Origin: a virus
Reading direction: 5' to 3' (one strand)
IMG/VR virus record: IMGVR_UViG_3300025314_000012
Length of the DNA: 64,000 nt
Part shown: in pieces, positions 22,001 through 31,488 of the stretch
Layout: each line of letters begins with the position of its first letter
Position numbering within the stretch: position 1 is the first letter of the stretch
Program-made: the position numbers and the translations under genes
Notes under the pieces: model-generated
Databases searched by the model: none
Seen by the model: only the letters and a program-made list of their open reading frames with translations
Told to the model about the DNA's origin: nothing

Positions 22001-23537
22001 ACTCTTTAAAGCTATCATAGTCTTTTGGTGCTGTAAATATCTCTCCTATCTTTTCTTCTGCTGATTCTTCCAACACGTTCTTAAACACACCCAACGCACC
22101 CTTGTCTGCTTTAAAGTTAATGCCTGCTCTTTGTAATATGTTGGCTGTCTTTTTCCCCGCACCACCCGCAATTGGGTTACCCATGAATATTCTCTCCGAT
22201 AGGTTTTCTGCTGCTGTATCCCAATATGAATTTAACAATGCTTCACCAAAATTATCGCCATTGGAAACGTTTATGGCTGTTTTTTGCCACATTGCAGGCA
22301 TAGCTGCTGTCTGAACACCTGCCTGTGCCAATTTGACAGTAGCACCCATTCCTATCCTACCAAGTTTGCTTGTGGCTTTAACACCCGCCCCAATGCCTTC
22401 TACCAACCCTGCTGTAAGGATATATTCAGACATAAAACCAAGTGAAGTTCCCATTGCTTCACCGATTTTATAAGAGGTAGGTATCTTCTTGTCTAATGTT
22501 GTGTGTGCTGCATCGTTTTGTGCCAACACATTTAACAGTAACTTATCGTTTGAATCTAATGTTTCTGTGTTTCCGTCTTGTAGCTTTTCTGTTAGCTTTC
22601 CCACACCCTCGTTCTTTGCTAATTCAGCACGAAGTTCGGTGTAGCCTTTTACATAGTCTTTTAAACCCTCAACAGAACCTTTTGATATGTTTGACGATAT
22701 ATCTAAATACGAATCAACTATACCATCCCTTACGCCTGTCTGTGAGAATGTTTCTCTTAGCTTATTGGTATCTTCACGCAATCTTTTTGCAGCACGAATA
22801 GTTGGGTTGTTTATCACCTCTCTTTGGTATGGTGTTTCTGCTACACCGTATAAACCAACAGTAGGCTTAAACGTTTCTTTTTCTATTTGGTCTATCGCAT
22901 CACGAACTTCACTTATGTTTTTTGGATTAGCATTTGCCAACAATGTTTTTAGTTCCTCTGCTTGTCCTGCGTGTTCAGGGAAGTATTTAGGTATTGCATC
23001 TATCCTGTTCTTTATATCTGCAACGTCAATAAGATAGTCAAGTGGTGCTTGTGTTTGAAGTATGTTTTCTTTTACATTACTTAACATAGACACGGTTGAA
23101 CCACTCGCATCTGCCACACGGTAATCGTCTTTCTGATTAAATATGTTTAGGTAGTTTTTCTTTGGTGTTTCTTTTTCTTTAAAAGATAATTCATCACCCG
23201 CTTTAGGTGAAAACCAATTCCTACGTTCAAATTCATCCTGTGAAATAAACTCTTGGTCGGGTGTGGAAACTAAATTAGCTTTCTCGCCCGTAGTAATAGG
23301 TTCTGCCAAAGATTCTGAAACTTTTTCGCCAACTTCTTTTTTTTTTACTAAACTGTAAAAATCATCTTCCGTTTTGTCAAAAGAATCACCCAACTCACCC
23401 TTTAATGCACTATATACTTTTTTGGCATATTCGCTATCGTTATCCAATAAGGAATCAAATTCGGATTCTGTTTTAGTAAAACTATCACCGAGTTCACCCT
23501 TCAGTGCTGAATAAACCTTTTTTCTGTATTCTTCCAT
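16011..23537 (-). CDS. giant internal virion/ejection protein (2508 aa)
   Basis: Third of three ORFs of increasing size after the nozzle and GNAT genes (T7 gp14-16-like order); helical, charged, internal repeats; no DxDxD RNA polymerase motif seen. Confidence 0.65.
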   Translation of the reverse strand: MEEYRKKVYSALKGELGDSFTKTESEFDSLLDNDSEYAKKVYSALKGELGDSFDKTEDDFYSLVKKKEVGEKVSESLAEPITTGEKANLVSTPDQEFISQDEFERRNWFSPKAGDELSFKEKETPKKNYLNIFNQKDDYRVADASGSTVSMLSNVKENILQTQAPLDYLIDVADIKNRIDAIPKYFPEHAGQAEELKTLLANANPKNISEVRDAIDQIEKETFKPTVGLYGVAETPYQREVINNPTIRAAKRLREDTNKLRETFSQTGVRDGIVDSYLDISSNISKGSVEGLKDYVKGYTELRAELAKNEGVGKLTEKLQDGNTETLDSNDKLLLNVLAQNDAAHTTLDKKIPTSYKIGEAMGTSLGFMSEYILTAGLVEGIGAGVKATSKLGRIGMGATVKLAQAGVQTAAMPAMWQKTAINVSNGDNFGEALLNSYWDTAAENLSERIFMGNPIAGGAGKKTANILQRAGINFKADKGALGVFKNVLEESAEEKIGEIFTAPKDYDSFKEFWKGYTDLEQNKIMLGSVGLMVGAMGSATLAGNSIAKKQNDIRVKRLEKLVPSDIRSEIDVVFDSKDLTTEEQIDLINGILTDKLNSKEIEGDIPTVVGNAKKYAQYKLSQLTAESTDETAVVENGEMTIGEVEEAGNSQEKIDYLNEQGVKIPDGTTGEQLDKLYEEPKIESKQGGRETSKGSEKGTGKEAKAGKAEVEFKPFADVVLKSKTKKEAFDKVSKIKNVSAEVSDAFRKKYDPEEKLTPRQAFDKFYDEIKPTDTQIKPVEPLSPKKGVSVPTEGKVGEKGVKTRIAKPKIEEPDFSKKPLKVESGKSVISAGNVSASDVKSVVNGVIKKGLKDNKGNIQKAKQFPKEAADAMMRGLFGSSASVGSLSLKDQLDKINFRPDNYKYSKNDLNQAHYDGIKMLIDMGFETTDEVWSYFSKIGVVDRIKEKKQPVSEQGTTDGGDITSSPVSKSNVESGVKPIKTKQNEKEQAKGQGREEGLLAKNEKADKLLSEGLSDLADLVGAKISITGEQRVRVKNAIAKVAEGLILKGEVKLEQLAMAIKEYFSKSNIDISEELINETIKERGYAKGNESRKVLPEVEKDKGEGKRSSDMSGIDETKPENGKKAKKVSSSRFGVRYAFGDNYSEKGKQKYREENLYEYKPESQEEVVAIARAVVADNSVEDVADLFYGTKVPRRVRTAIGVLLADKYSEMAEESLSNGDEVAGDSFIDKESMVMETIQREIATESGRDISFFGSEFVMERLTPYKTARKVQLAMGKHAKEVKESKGYKTVKKIVEEELSGLRGEVLKEVGKNQRVKQAKEKAKKQVDTKRAKIQKDISDLTDMLRAASKKSLSSSIIGLNNDQIEIGGKLVLKYIELGIYDVKKLVVKLKNKFKEVGVDITDEQAKSMIPEIGGKSVDELEKEQILEQAAAQLAQEEFGVVRDKKTPKSDPIKQMVSTLVSKFRERAKAGDKAVPKSNMDIVKEAILNRSDYMDVWEQARQDAIALIDQMVAEEKLTESQADVYKKRVEDAYDKATTFSVSEKRVQQLIRESFKERDISIDDVVRDHYERKELHKKDLIDDLIQKSGLTEDAATELADAIDNAFNTLMIQKGEALLRKYVDTTVKGTIKKSAITKLNELVNLIDRSKFSSVIKESDLFNAIRESVNARNIDLNELVKKNGSEKLIEKARIISDILNKMELSEEDAAKLSDAIGSAFDSLMKKRGDSLVGKMINKRAKEKSTNPQKSPIAEIIELVNIGAIESPEFDNIFAEMYGVSELKEEDRQEIIKRGKKIQKIKSATVRHKEEQRLMSFILDLKGVNMAEVLTGFWYAHVLSGVTTHMRNVSDAYISSWIELMGLAGYNPTDIRRAIKAHKRGMKGEGRDRLVESFKTGYTPLSKKLEIPSILERIQALPKEDTAISRGVAWAANKYKDFFKHIPRLLIGTDSWIYAGAKEMASDLIVSREARKQLEILKGRKLTKDEKKALQEQIDKKLYIDDASMAAFRKQVDNESEDYKKIQEEFGEEPTGYSRREKNLRVYELIDQARGVDVTDKAFDIAGRAIGNINAYGIIGWAVDGLSRALRVLRVKISKPEVIIVKGKPVITFNKTKTVEIRPASLVIPFRSIVANVATRNIGWNPYVAIYRASVGSFGAILGKDSKYYVEMTPEEKSKAWQKVVKIAVIQSLLMALTAPGDDDDPVIRITLNGTGNTEKNKQLLASGWKPYSIQIGDWSFDYRILGGLSMILMPIGYVRDKQRFSDTEMNELELMATANFMAIGHILKTTPLYAINRMFEALGSFMSGDGEMGSKQATQILSSMGTGFVSPRVLKDIEDVFDLIVDSDAPRENAETVMARATQYLPFTDFTKGREMFDVFGRPIPVKFTTAQIIESVKQDEDVQYYLKQGYFRPAVSMRSTTFTLEDDRGNTVIRKLNTSDEREVEAFNQYEQAIGKLFRDAVMENKADGLEGEEFVSKMRRDWDRIQKDAKSEVYNWSENIPVKYDRKANVVE

Positions 23538-25090
23538 TATATGCCGTACTTATTAGTTGTTGTTTTGTTTTCAGCAGGTTTCTGTTCACCCGGCTTATAT
23601 TCATCGAAATATTTTTCAAGTGGTTTGCCGTTAACAGCCATCGTTCTTAGAAATGGTGTTGCTGCTTCTTTATTTTCATATAATTGAGCTTCATACGTTG
23701 CCTCTGCTAATGGGTCTGTGAATGTCTTAAACACTTTTTTAACCTTTATTTTTTCATTGCCTGTAAACGGGAGTTTTTTATCAACAAGAACCGTTCCTGT
23801 TACAACTATATTCCCATTGTCGTCTTTATTCATAGAAACATTCTCAACACCTTCTATGTCTTTAGTTCCTTCGTATCCACCACGCACAATAGTTTCTTGC
23901 CAAGCAGGTGTCATTTCGTTTTCTGTTTTACCCTTCCATACACCATCCATTTTAGCGGGTGATTTTTCTTCATCTATAAACACTGGTTTTCCTGCTTTTA
24001 ATGCTATACCACCCTTGCCCTTTAACAACAGAACGCCTTTGTTTACATCAAATCCAACAATCTTGGCATTATCTTCTGTTAGTTGGGATTTTTCACCTGT
24101 ATCCAAGTTAACAGCGTTGTCAATAAAAAAATTTCTGTCTGTTTGCGACTTATCACCCCTAATCTGAACGAAGTTGTCATAGGTTTTATCACCATACTTA
24201 AATGATTTTGGTGTATAGTCAATCATGCTACTGTATGGATTAGAACCACGACCACCCGAACTCTGATACCTTGCCTGTGTCTGCTGTGTATCTATTGGAC
24301 TTATAGAATCTACAATTTCTTTTCTCACACGCGCCCTTGCCTCTGTATTTACATTTCCGTTGGCATCAGTAAACTGGTTTTTATAGAAAGGATTTGTTTC
24401 AAGTGCATTTTCAACAGCCCAATTTGCCTTATCATAACTTTCTTGGTCTTCTACACTTAATCCACTTTTCTGTGTGCTTGTCAATATTCCACCACGCAAC
24501 GCTGCACTAACCTCTGTATTAAGACCTTTTACTAAATTACCATAGTGCTTTGCAAAATAATTACTATTGGATTGTGGTATTAATGCACTCGCAATCTTGG
24601 CTGTAAAATCACTTCCTATACCACGACCTTCTTCTATGTTTTTCTGTGCTTCTATAATCGCCTCGTCAATAATCCTATTATCGTAAACACCGTCATACCG
24701 TGGGTCTAACCTTAGTTTTTGCGCTTCTTCTATTTTCTTTAACCCATTAATATCATACAGCATACTCTGCTGTTTGTCTATAAAGCCGTCTTGGATTTCA
24801 CGCTGCTGCTGCATGGTCAACTTACCATTACTCTCCTTGAATTTATTCATTATGTCGGTACGGTAATCTTCTATTTCCTTCTGATACCTGTCACGCACCT
24901 TGCCCGTTAGTTCAGGTAGTAACTTTATGGACGATGCTTCTAATACTTTTTTGTAATTATCAGAAACTTGTTCCTTGTTCTCCTTTATCTGACGCAACTT
25001 CTCATCTGCTGCCGCCTGATTAAACGCCATAGCACCCGATACGAAATCTATCGGTTTTGCACTCATTCCTATTCCGTATCCTTCTGCCAT
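23537..25090 (-). CDS. putative ejection protein (gp15-like position)
   Basis: Coupled to the giant ORF; coiled-coil N-terminal half. Confidence 0.55.
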   Translation of the reverse strand: MAEGYGIGMSAKPIDFVSGAMAFNQAAADEKLRQIKENKEQVSDNYKKVLEASSIKLLPELTGKVRDRYQKEIEDYRTDIMNKFKESNGKLTMQQQREIQDGFIDKQQSMLYDINGLKKIEEAQKLRLDPRYDGVYDNRIIDEAIIEAQKNIEEGRGIGSDFTAKIASALIPQSNSNYFAKHYGNLVKGLNTEVSAALRGGILTSTQKSGLSVEDQESYDKANWAVENALETNPFYKNQFTDANGNVNTEARARVRKEIVDSISPIDTQQTQARYQSSGGRGSNPYSSMIDYTPKSFKYGDKTYDNFVQIRGDKSQTDRNFFIDNAVNLDTGEKSQLTEDNAKIVGFDVNKGVLLLKGKGGIALKAGKPVFIDEEKSPAKMDGVWKGKTENEMTPAWQETIVRGGYEGTKDIEGVENVSMNKDDNGNIVVTGTVLVDKKLPFTGNEKIKVKKVFKTFTDPLAEATYEAQLYENKEAATPFLRTMAVNGKPLEKYFDEYKPGEQKPAENKTTTNKYGI

Positions 25091-25704
25091 TATACTAACC
25101 CCATTAATTTCATAAAATCTGCCTGTGAACTTTCTGCACCCTTAACCATTGAGTAGTTTGCACCCGTTTGACCAAGTGCTTTTAGTCCCATTCCTATACC
25201 CTCACTACCCCTGTCGCTAAACGCCGCTGCCCTGCCCAACATTTGCTGATATGGCATCAATGAGTTATATTGCCACTTCTGTTGTTCCCAATCTGCCATT
25301 CTGTTCATTTCACCACGCAACATATCCTGATTTCGGTCGTACCTCTGTGCACCCTGATACATAAGGTCTTGTTCTCCCTGTTGCTGTTGTCCGTAAACAT
25401 TTCCCAACACGCTCAATAAATCTGCTGAACTTGTTGCCGCATTTTGTGCCGAACCAACTGCGCCACTCGTGGCTTCCTGCATCCTTGCCCTTGTAATGTC
25501 TTCACCCGGCAATGTCAACCCGCTTGCCTGCCTCTGTGCGTTGTTAAGAGATGCTTTTGCTGATTCTGGTATGGCAAATTTGTTTTTTTCAAAAAAGGAT
25601 TGCGCCTTGTCGTATTCTCTCTTGCCTTTTATCTTATCTACAATGCCCACGCCAAGCTGCGTTGCCCCTGCTACCCCTCCTATTATTAATCCTCCTAATG
25701 GCAT
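25090..25704 (-). CDS. putative ejection/pilot protein (gp14-like position)
   Basis: Hydrophobic Gly/Ala N-terminus (LGGLIIGGVAGATQLGVG) and Gln/Ala-rich helices. Confidence 0.6.
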   Translation of the reverse strand: MPLGGLIIGGVAGATQLGVGIVDKIKGKREYDKAQSFFEKNKFAIPESAKASLNNAQRQASGLTLPGEDITRARMQEATSGAVGSAQNAATSSADLLSVLGNVYGQQQQGEQDLMYQGAQRYDRNQDMLRGEMNRMADWEQQKWQYNSLMPYQQMLGRAAAFSDRGSEGIGMGLKALGQTGANYSMVKGAESSQADFMKLMGLV

Positions 25705-25706
25705 AA

Positions 25707-26129
25707 CTATTTTTTATTAAATATATATACTAACCCACCGTCTTGTTCCGCTATCAGTTTACCACCGTTAGATTCAAAAAATCTTATGGCGTTAATGTTT
25801 TCTTTCCACACCCCCGAATAATATTCTTTGCCCAATACCTCCTCTAATGATTGCCAAAACAATTCTTTTTTATCCCTGTGTTGCTTTTTTATCCCAAATG
25901 ACCTTAGTATCTTCTCATCCCTGTTTACAGCAAAAAATCCGTAGTCATCTCCATACGAATATATTTCCACGCCGGGTATGTCTTTATACAGTGATTCAAT
26001 CGTGTAATCTACCAACCCATCCAATGTCTTATTGTCAGAATGTTGCCTGCGCAAATAAAGGTCTTCGTCTGTACCGAAAACATCTTTTATTAAGCTCCTT
26101 ATACCATCACCGTGAACCATCTTTATCAT
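25707..26129 (-). CDS. GNAT-like protein (T7 gp13-like position)
   Basis: LRSFGIKKQHR...VWKENINAIRFFESNGG acetyltransferase-like pattern between nozzle and ejection genes. Confidence 0.5.
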   Translation of the reverse strand: MIKMVHGDGIRSLIKDVFGTDEDLYLRRQHSDNKTLDGLVDYTIESLYKDIPGVEIYSYGDDYGFFAVNRDEKILRSFGIKKQHRDKKELFWQSLEEVLGKEYYSGVWKENINAIRFFESNGGKLIAEQDGGLVYIFNKK

Positions 26130-26135
26130 TTACCA

Positions 26136-26143
26136 CAAAGTTA
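26136..26143 (-). promoter_or_regulatory. Bacteroidota -7 promoter box
   Basis: TAACTTTG just upstream of 26129. Confidence 0.55.
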
Positions 26144-26149
26144 ACATTT

Positions 26150-29100
26150 CTACTTGTTTACAGATATATTAGCCGTCACGAGCCTCAATTGACACTCCGT
26201 TGAACCGCTATCTGTAAATTCAACTTCTATATATTTTCCTGTTATATCTGTTCCTGTGTGGATTAACCCTAAGTTTTCACCCAATGTAGTTAGGATATTC
26301 TTAAACACGGATGAAAAGTATCCACCGTCTTTTACCTTATATGTCGAAGGATATAATACTGTCTTTTGCCCCAATGTACGTGTATTCGTAATTGGTGAAG
26401 TTATTATCGTATTCAGCCCTCTGTTGGAATCCGTTTTTAAGGCTCTCAGGCACTTTTCTTCGTTGGGAAAGGCATTTATAACACCCTTAACCGAAAAAGG
26501 CTTAGAATCGCCTAAGAACACGTTATATGAGCTTCCTGCTTCGTGTTTGTATATGCTTTCTTTTAGGAATGAATAATTCTGATTTCCTATCACACCGTAG
26601 AACTCTGCTGCATCTCCGTTACCGTCTGTCAGGTCTAAATAATCCATGTTCCACCCGTATGCATCTTTTTTGTAGCTTAAACTTCTTGCGTAACTCGGAA
26701 ACTCAAATGTTATTACATATTCTCCGTTCTTTTTGTCGAAGTAACTAAACACACGGGTAGGTGATTCATCTTTCAGTGCAAGGAACTCTGACTTCATTCC
26801 GTATCTCGAAATAGGGTGCTGTCCGTTGGGTGATGACATTATCACCTCACCCAAATCACCATCCCAATAGAACATATCTCTGCCTACTACTACTATTGAA
26901 AGCGGATAGCGTGAACCCCATTCGTCTTCACTTGGGTTTGTCGCACCGATAAAGTCGTTGGATTTTACAAGTTGTAGGTTTCCAGAAGCATCACTTATCT
27001 GTGCCTTGCCTACATACATTGACGTTTCCTTATTGTCCTGAATGACTTTTATCACGTCCCCAACTAATCTTATCCTTTGTATCTGTCCGTCTTTTTCGTC
27101 TAACTGTTTTCTGTTTAGTGAATTGAATGTGGATATTCCGTTGATTTTTGTGTTATCTAAGTAATTAAAACTCCACACGAAATCTTGTAGGGTTATTTCT
27201 CCTAATGTGTCAAATTCTACTACTACACGCCCTTTTGAGTAAGCTCGTAACGCATCATCTACGTTTATATAAAAGTCTTCTACTACTTTAGTGGAATCTC
27301 CTCCTGTCCACTCAAATTTCCTTGTTACGTACCACGCATCTTCTCCACCTACATATCCTGTTAGTGTTTGCATTACTCCGTTTGTAATGTTGTAGGTGTT
27401 GGAATCTTCAAAGTATATTAGGTCTTGTACTGTATTTTTAGTACGGTATATGTACACGAGCTTTTCTTCATAGTCGGCTGCTAATTCTTCTCCTTTGGGT
27501 ATAAGTAACCAATATCCTGCTGTGTCTGTTCCGCTTATTTCTACGGTTGTCCGTGTGCCTATAATATTCTTTACTATTGTGCTTGTTATCGCTACGCCTG
27601 AATCTACTTCTAATTGCAGGTAATCTCCTTTTTCAAATTCGTATTGTAGATTTGACGGCATATTTATAGCATATACTTCTTGCCCATCTACTGTTACTGT
27701 TTCTACTTGTCCCGACACAAATGGATACACGCCGGCAAAGTTCACTGATTCTGTTACTGCAAATCTATAATACTTAGCCCATGATGGTACTCCCGTTGTC
27801 GCCACAGGTATTGTAAAGGCTATCCTTGCCCTGTCGAAAGCATCTGTATAGGCTCTTTCCCCTGCGTGTGGTACATATACTGATTGTGGCATTAACACAC
27901 CGCTTGTCCTGCTAAATTCATCATAAAATAATACGCCTACATTATAATAGCTTCCGCTTTTAAATGTGGATACGCCACTTGGGACTGTCTCTCTTGTTGA
28001 TGTGCTTTCTACTATGTTAGTAGCTGTTATCCTCGTAGAATCGTGTACTCCTAATATTTCAAGCCTTACTACTCCTCCTCCTAATTTAGTTGCGTTTAGC
28101 TGCCATGTATTAATATTTCCATAATACACAGGGTCTATTATAGAATAGATGTCTCTGTATTTAAAGTCATATTGAATAGATGTACACACGGTGTCTGCAT
28201 CTTCTAAGGCTGCTACGGTGTATGTAAATAAATAATTCCACTCAAACGATACTTCCGGTACGAAATCACGTAATTCAAGAAACCTGTTGAATAAATTTAT
28301 TGAGATGATTTCTCCTTCTGCTACATCTGACGGTATTGTTATATCTACATAGTAATATCCATTTTCAGGTACTAAGCCTTCTATTACGCCATCTGATACT
28401 GCTAATGTATCAAACTCTGCTCCCGGAACTACTGTTTCGTATGTTATGGAATAATCTACATTTGGCTTGGTTTTATTATATCCTTTTTTTACACGCCCAA
28501 GTCCGATACGGTTCTGCACCGCCAATGCCGTCCTCGCTGTACGTGGCACGTCACTATATAAGTCCAACGCTGCTTTTTCAGCAAGCCCCTGTCTCGCAAC
28601 ATCATTGTAAAACGGATAGGTTCTGATTGCATATTCTGTTTCTCCATTCTTTTCGTATTCTTCAACTATAAACCAATCGCCTGTGTTTCCTTCTCTTGCA
28701 AGTAGCCTTACTGCACGCACATTGTCTGTGCCTAAGTCGTATCCTACCTGTACGTAGTTTCCTATGTTATTATCTTCGTAGGTATTGCTCTCTGCTGCAA
28801 ACACGGAACTTGATACTGCTAAATCTGAATATGGACTTAGTACTGAATATGTATAATCATCGTAGATATACATACTTGCAAATTGAAATGTCTTTCCTAC
28901 AAGTTTGTTTACTTTTCTTAATGAATTGCTTCCTATGCTTGTTGTGGGTTTACTACTCGGTGGACGCACCGCTAACTGTATATCGTATGAATCTAACGCT
29001 GCTACTGCCACGTCATCTAAAAGTACATTTAGTTTTCGTGGTGGGTTGTAGTCGCTTGCAAACACACAGTAATCACCCAAAATAGTAGCATCTATTATTT

Positions 29101-29446
29101 CGTCTTCCTGAAAGTTCAACACGCCATCTGCAAAGTTCATGGTGCTTGCAAAGTCATTATAGAACTTGTATATGGCATGGTGTCCTACACTGTTGTACAC
29201 AAAGAACAACGAACCATCTCTTTCCTTGTCTTCTACGAATCCTATTATCTTACTCACACCGTCAACGGGGAACAATGTAGCCACAAGTTCCATGCTTCGG
29301 ATAGAACAGTTAACACCTACTCTGCCACCCTCTGTTGAAGTTACCCTGCAATTTTTGCGTGATACTACTTCACCTTTCTCCGAATCTATGTATAGTTGGT
29401 TTTTATCCTTGTTGACCGCCCCGTTTAATGGCAATATTACTTTCAT
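26150..29446 (-). CDS. tail nozzle/muzzle (stabilisation) protein
   Basis: 1098 aa; GAVNKD...NCRV start, GKTFQFASMYIYDDYTYSVLSPYS, YGMKSEF; position after the ring proteins. Confidence 0.7.
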   Translation of the reverse strand: MKVILPLNGAVNKDKNQLYIDSEKGEVVSRKNCRVTSTEGGRVGVNCSIRSMELVATLFPVDGVSKIIGFVEDKERDGSLFFVYNSVGHHAIYKFYNDFASTMNFADGVLNFQEDEIIDATILGDYCVFASDYNPPRKLNVLLDDVAVAALDSYDIQLAVRPPSSKPTTSIGSNSLRKVNKLVGKTFQFASMYIYDDYTYSVLSPYSDLAVSSSVFAAESNTYEDNNIGNYVQVGYDLGTDNVRAVRLLAREGNTGDWFIVEEYEKNGETEYAIRTYPFYNDVARQGLAEKAALDLYSDVPRTARTALAVQNRIGLGRVKKGYNKTKPNVDYSITYETVVPGAEFDTLAVSDGVIEGLVPENGYYYVDITIPSDVAEGEIISINLFNRFLELRDFVPEVSFEWNYLFTYTVAALEDADTVCTSIQYDFKYRDIYSIIDPVYYGNINTWQLNATKLGGGVVRLEILGVHDSTRITATNIVESTSTRETVPSGVSTFKSGSYYNVGVLFYDEFSRTSGVLMPQSVYVPHAGERAYTDAFDRARIAFTIPVATTGVPSWAKYYRFAVTESVNFAGVYPFVSGQVETVTVDGQEVYAINMPSNLQYEFEKGDYLQLEVDSGVAITSTIVKNIIGTRTTVEISGTDTAGYWLLIPKGEELAADYEEKLVYIYRTKNTVQDLIYFEDSNTYNITNGVMQTLTGYVGGEDAWYVTRKFEWTGGDSTKVVEDFYINVDDALRAYSKGRVVVEFDTLGEITLQDFVWSFNYLDNTKINGISTFNSLNRKQLDEKDGQIQRIRLVGDVIKVIQDNKETSMYVGKAQISDASGNLQLVKSNDFIGATNPSEDEWGSRYPLSIVVVGRDMFYWDGDLGEVIMSSPNGQHPISRYGMKSEFLALKDESPTRVFSYFDKKNGEYVITFEFPSYARSLSYKKDAYGWNMDYLDLTDGNGDAAEFYGVIGNQNYSFLKESIYKHEAGSSYNVFLGDSKPFSVKGVINAFPNEEKCLRALKTDSNRGLNTIITSPITNTRTLGQKTVLYPSTYKVKDGGYFSSVFKNILTTLGENLGLIHTGTDITGKYIEVEFTDSGSTECQLRLVTANISVNK

Positions 29447-30174
29447 AATCTTACCCCCTGTCCTGAAGTTTCATACATTGCATCTAATAATTCCTGCACA
29501 CTCGGCAATGATAACAGCCTGTATTTCCTTTCGTCTTCCTCAAACTGCATTTTCTTTTCTGCCCTGTATCCCCTGTCATACAAATCAGGGCGTGATGATA
29601 TTAGCTTCCACTCCACATAGGATATTAACATATTGGCTGAATCACCGTCTATAATGGCTTCTACAAGGTTTTCTACGTTGTTGGACACATATCTTAACAA
29701 CACCTCGCTGCTGTCTGCCAATCGTGTTTTATCCACGAATAAACGATTGAGGATTATACGTCTTTTTCTCATGTCCACATGGAAATAGTATTCAAGGTTT
29801 GAACCTTTTGCACCATATCCTGTTGTGGGTATTCTTACTATATTTCCGTCTTCTCTCCTGTCTGACAACAAATCGCTGTTCAATGGGTCTGACGGTGTTG
29901 GCATATCTGTACTTTCTGTGAAAGTAAATATCTCTCCGTTTATAATTAACCCCAACTTGTCCACGTGCAAGCAATCTTCGGGTAATTTTACCGTTCTGTT
30001 CTGTGTGTTTATCGTTAACCAACTTTCTTTAAACTGCACCGAATTGAACAACGCAAAGTCCCTGTACCCTCTCATAAAGTACATAGCGGCTACTTGGTAG
30101 TTTCTTCTTTCTGCATCTCCAATGCCTACTAATGCTTCATTTATTATCTGTTCTGCTGTGTAATATGCTTTCAT
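29443..30174 (-). CDS. tail ring/adaptor-like protein
   Basis: VKLPEDCLHVDKLG motif, tubular-protein size and position. Confidence 0.6.
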   Translation of the reverse strand: MKAYYTAEQIINEALVGIGDAERRNYQVAAMYFMRGYRDFALFNSVQFKESWLTINTQNRTVKLPEDCLHVDKLGLIINGEIFTFTESTDMPTPSDPLNSDLLSDRREDGNIVRIPTTGYGAKGSNLEYYFHVDMRKRRIILNRLFVDKTRLADSSEVLLRYVSNNVENLVEAIIDGDSANMLISYVEWKLISSRPDLYDRGYRAEKKMQFEEDERKYRLLSLPSVQELLDAMYETSGQGVRL

Positions 30175-30785
30175 TAAATATTATTATTAGCGTTATCCGT
30201 TGGAGTTGCTTGTAGCCATGTACTTGCCAATTGTATTAAAAGGTCGCTTCTTCCGTCTGGAATTACTACCTGTTCGTCATCACTATAACTGCTAAACGCC
30301 CTTACTATTCCGTAATCCACTTTTCTTATGTCTGCACTTGGACTATCTCCTATGTTTTCAAGTATAATTTGCTTCTTGGTGGCTATGTTTCCAAATCTCC
30401 AAAAGGTTTGATTCATCACACCGCCAACAGGCAAACTTCTTATTACTGATATGTTTGGTCGTTGTGAGTACGGCAAACTTATTCCACCACCCGTAGGTTG
30501 TACATACCACACGCCATTGCCTACGGGTGCTACATCATCTGACACCCCGAAGTATCTTAATCCGTTTGATTCTGATACAGGTTGATTGTAGTAGTGCTTA
30601 ACATAAAAAGATTCTATCTGTGACTTTCCTTCTGGTGTTAACTTTATCTGTGATAATATCGTATCAAAGGCATATCCAACAGCCTGTGCCACCCTCTGAT
30701 AGTGTAACTTCTTTTGGTCATCACCTACTGCTTCTCTTTTTAAGAGAGCCGTTCTCACGAAACTTATTAATGCTGCCTTATTCAT
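30174..30785 (-). CDS. tail ring/adaptor-like protein
   Basis: Coupled ORF of similar size in the ring cluster. Confidence 0.5.
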   Translation of the reverse strand: MNKAALISFVRTALLKREAVGDDQKKLHYQRVAQAVGYAFDTILSQIKLTPEGKSQIESFYVKHYYNQPVSESNGLRYFGVSDDVAPVGNGVWYVQPTGGGISLPYSQRPNISVIRSLPVGGVMNQTFWRFGNIATKKQIILENIGDSPSADIRKVDYGIVRAFSSYSDDEQVVIPDGRSDLLIQLASTWLQATPTDNANNNI

Positions 30786-31464
30786 TTGTTACTAAATTTT
30801 GTGAGTAAGCTATTACGTCTGATTCTTTCATATTCACACCCAAATCACGCAAACACATATAAGCGATTTTAAGTAGTTCGTTTTTCTTCCACCCCGTTTC
30901 TGTGCTGTTACCTTCATCATAAGTCTGTAATAAAGTCTGATTGTCGGTGGTGAATACTACTACTGCATCTGTTGGGAATTTATAGTACTTAAGTGTTACC
31001 GATGCCATTGACGAAGGATACACCAATATCGAATCACCCGCTGTCGAATACTCTAAACATGGGTCTTTTAACGTTGGTGCTACTACGGGGTCGCCAAGCC
31101 TGTCTGCTACCTCTGACGGTTCTAATTCATCAAATCCCCTACCTGTGATTGTCGTTGGTTCTACTGCCAAAAGGTATCCTATATCTTTTGTGCTTAAATC
31201 TACTGCACCACCAACTACATTTGCACTTTCTCTCACATAGAATGGTCGTAGCTTTTCACTCACGACCCTTGACACTTCTGCACCACGCCTTTCTACTGCC
31301 ATGTTTACCTGATACAAATTAGGCACACCAAGCAATGATGCAAATAGATTCTGACTGTTTGCCGTTATTAAGCTGCTCCACTCATCAGCATTTATGTCCT
31401 TGCCCTCTACGTCTTTGTTGCGTATCAGGTTTACTATGTTTATAATATCTCCGTTTGTGAACAT
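30778..31464 (-). CDS. tail ring/adaptor-like protein
   Basis: LKYYKFPTD...ETGW..ELLKIAYMCL pattern; first gene after the promoter at 31481. Confidence 0.55.
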   Translation of the reverse strand: MFTNGDIINIVNLIRNKDVEGKDINADEWSSLITANSQNLFASLLGVPNLYQVNMAVERRGAEVSRVVSEKLRPFYVRESANVVGGAVDLSTKDIGYLLAVEPTTITGRGFDELEPSEVADRLGDPVVAPTLKDPCLEYSTAGDSILVYPSSMASVTLKYYKFPTDAVVVFTTDNQTLLQTYDEGNSTETGWKKNELLKIAYMCLRDLGVNMKESDVIAYSQNLVTNE

Positions 31465-31480
31465 TTATCGCTATTTTCAA

Positions 31481-31488
31481 CAAAGATA
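31481..31488 (-). promoter_or_regulatory. Bacteroidota -7 promoter box
   Basis: TATCTTTG on the minus strand. Confidence 0.7.

Noticed and set aside
18010-22801. Long plus-strand ORFs antisense to the giant gene (e.g. 18010..18783, 19075..19722), and similar shadows elsewhere
   Set aside because: Ser/Phe/Leu-rich translations typical of antisense shadows of Glu/Lys-rich genes, with no start context or promoter.
16011-23537. Virion RNA polymerase
   Set aside because: No DxDxD catalytic motif recognised, and late operons have host-type promoters.
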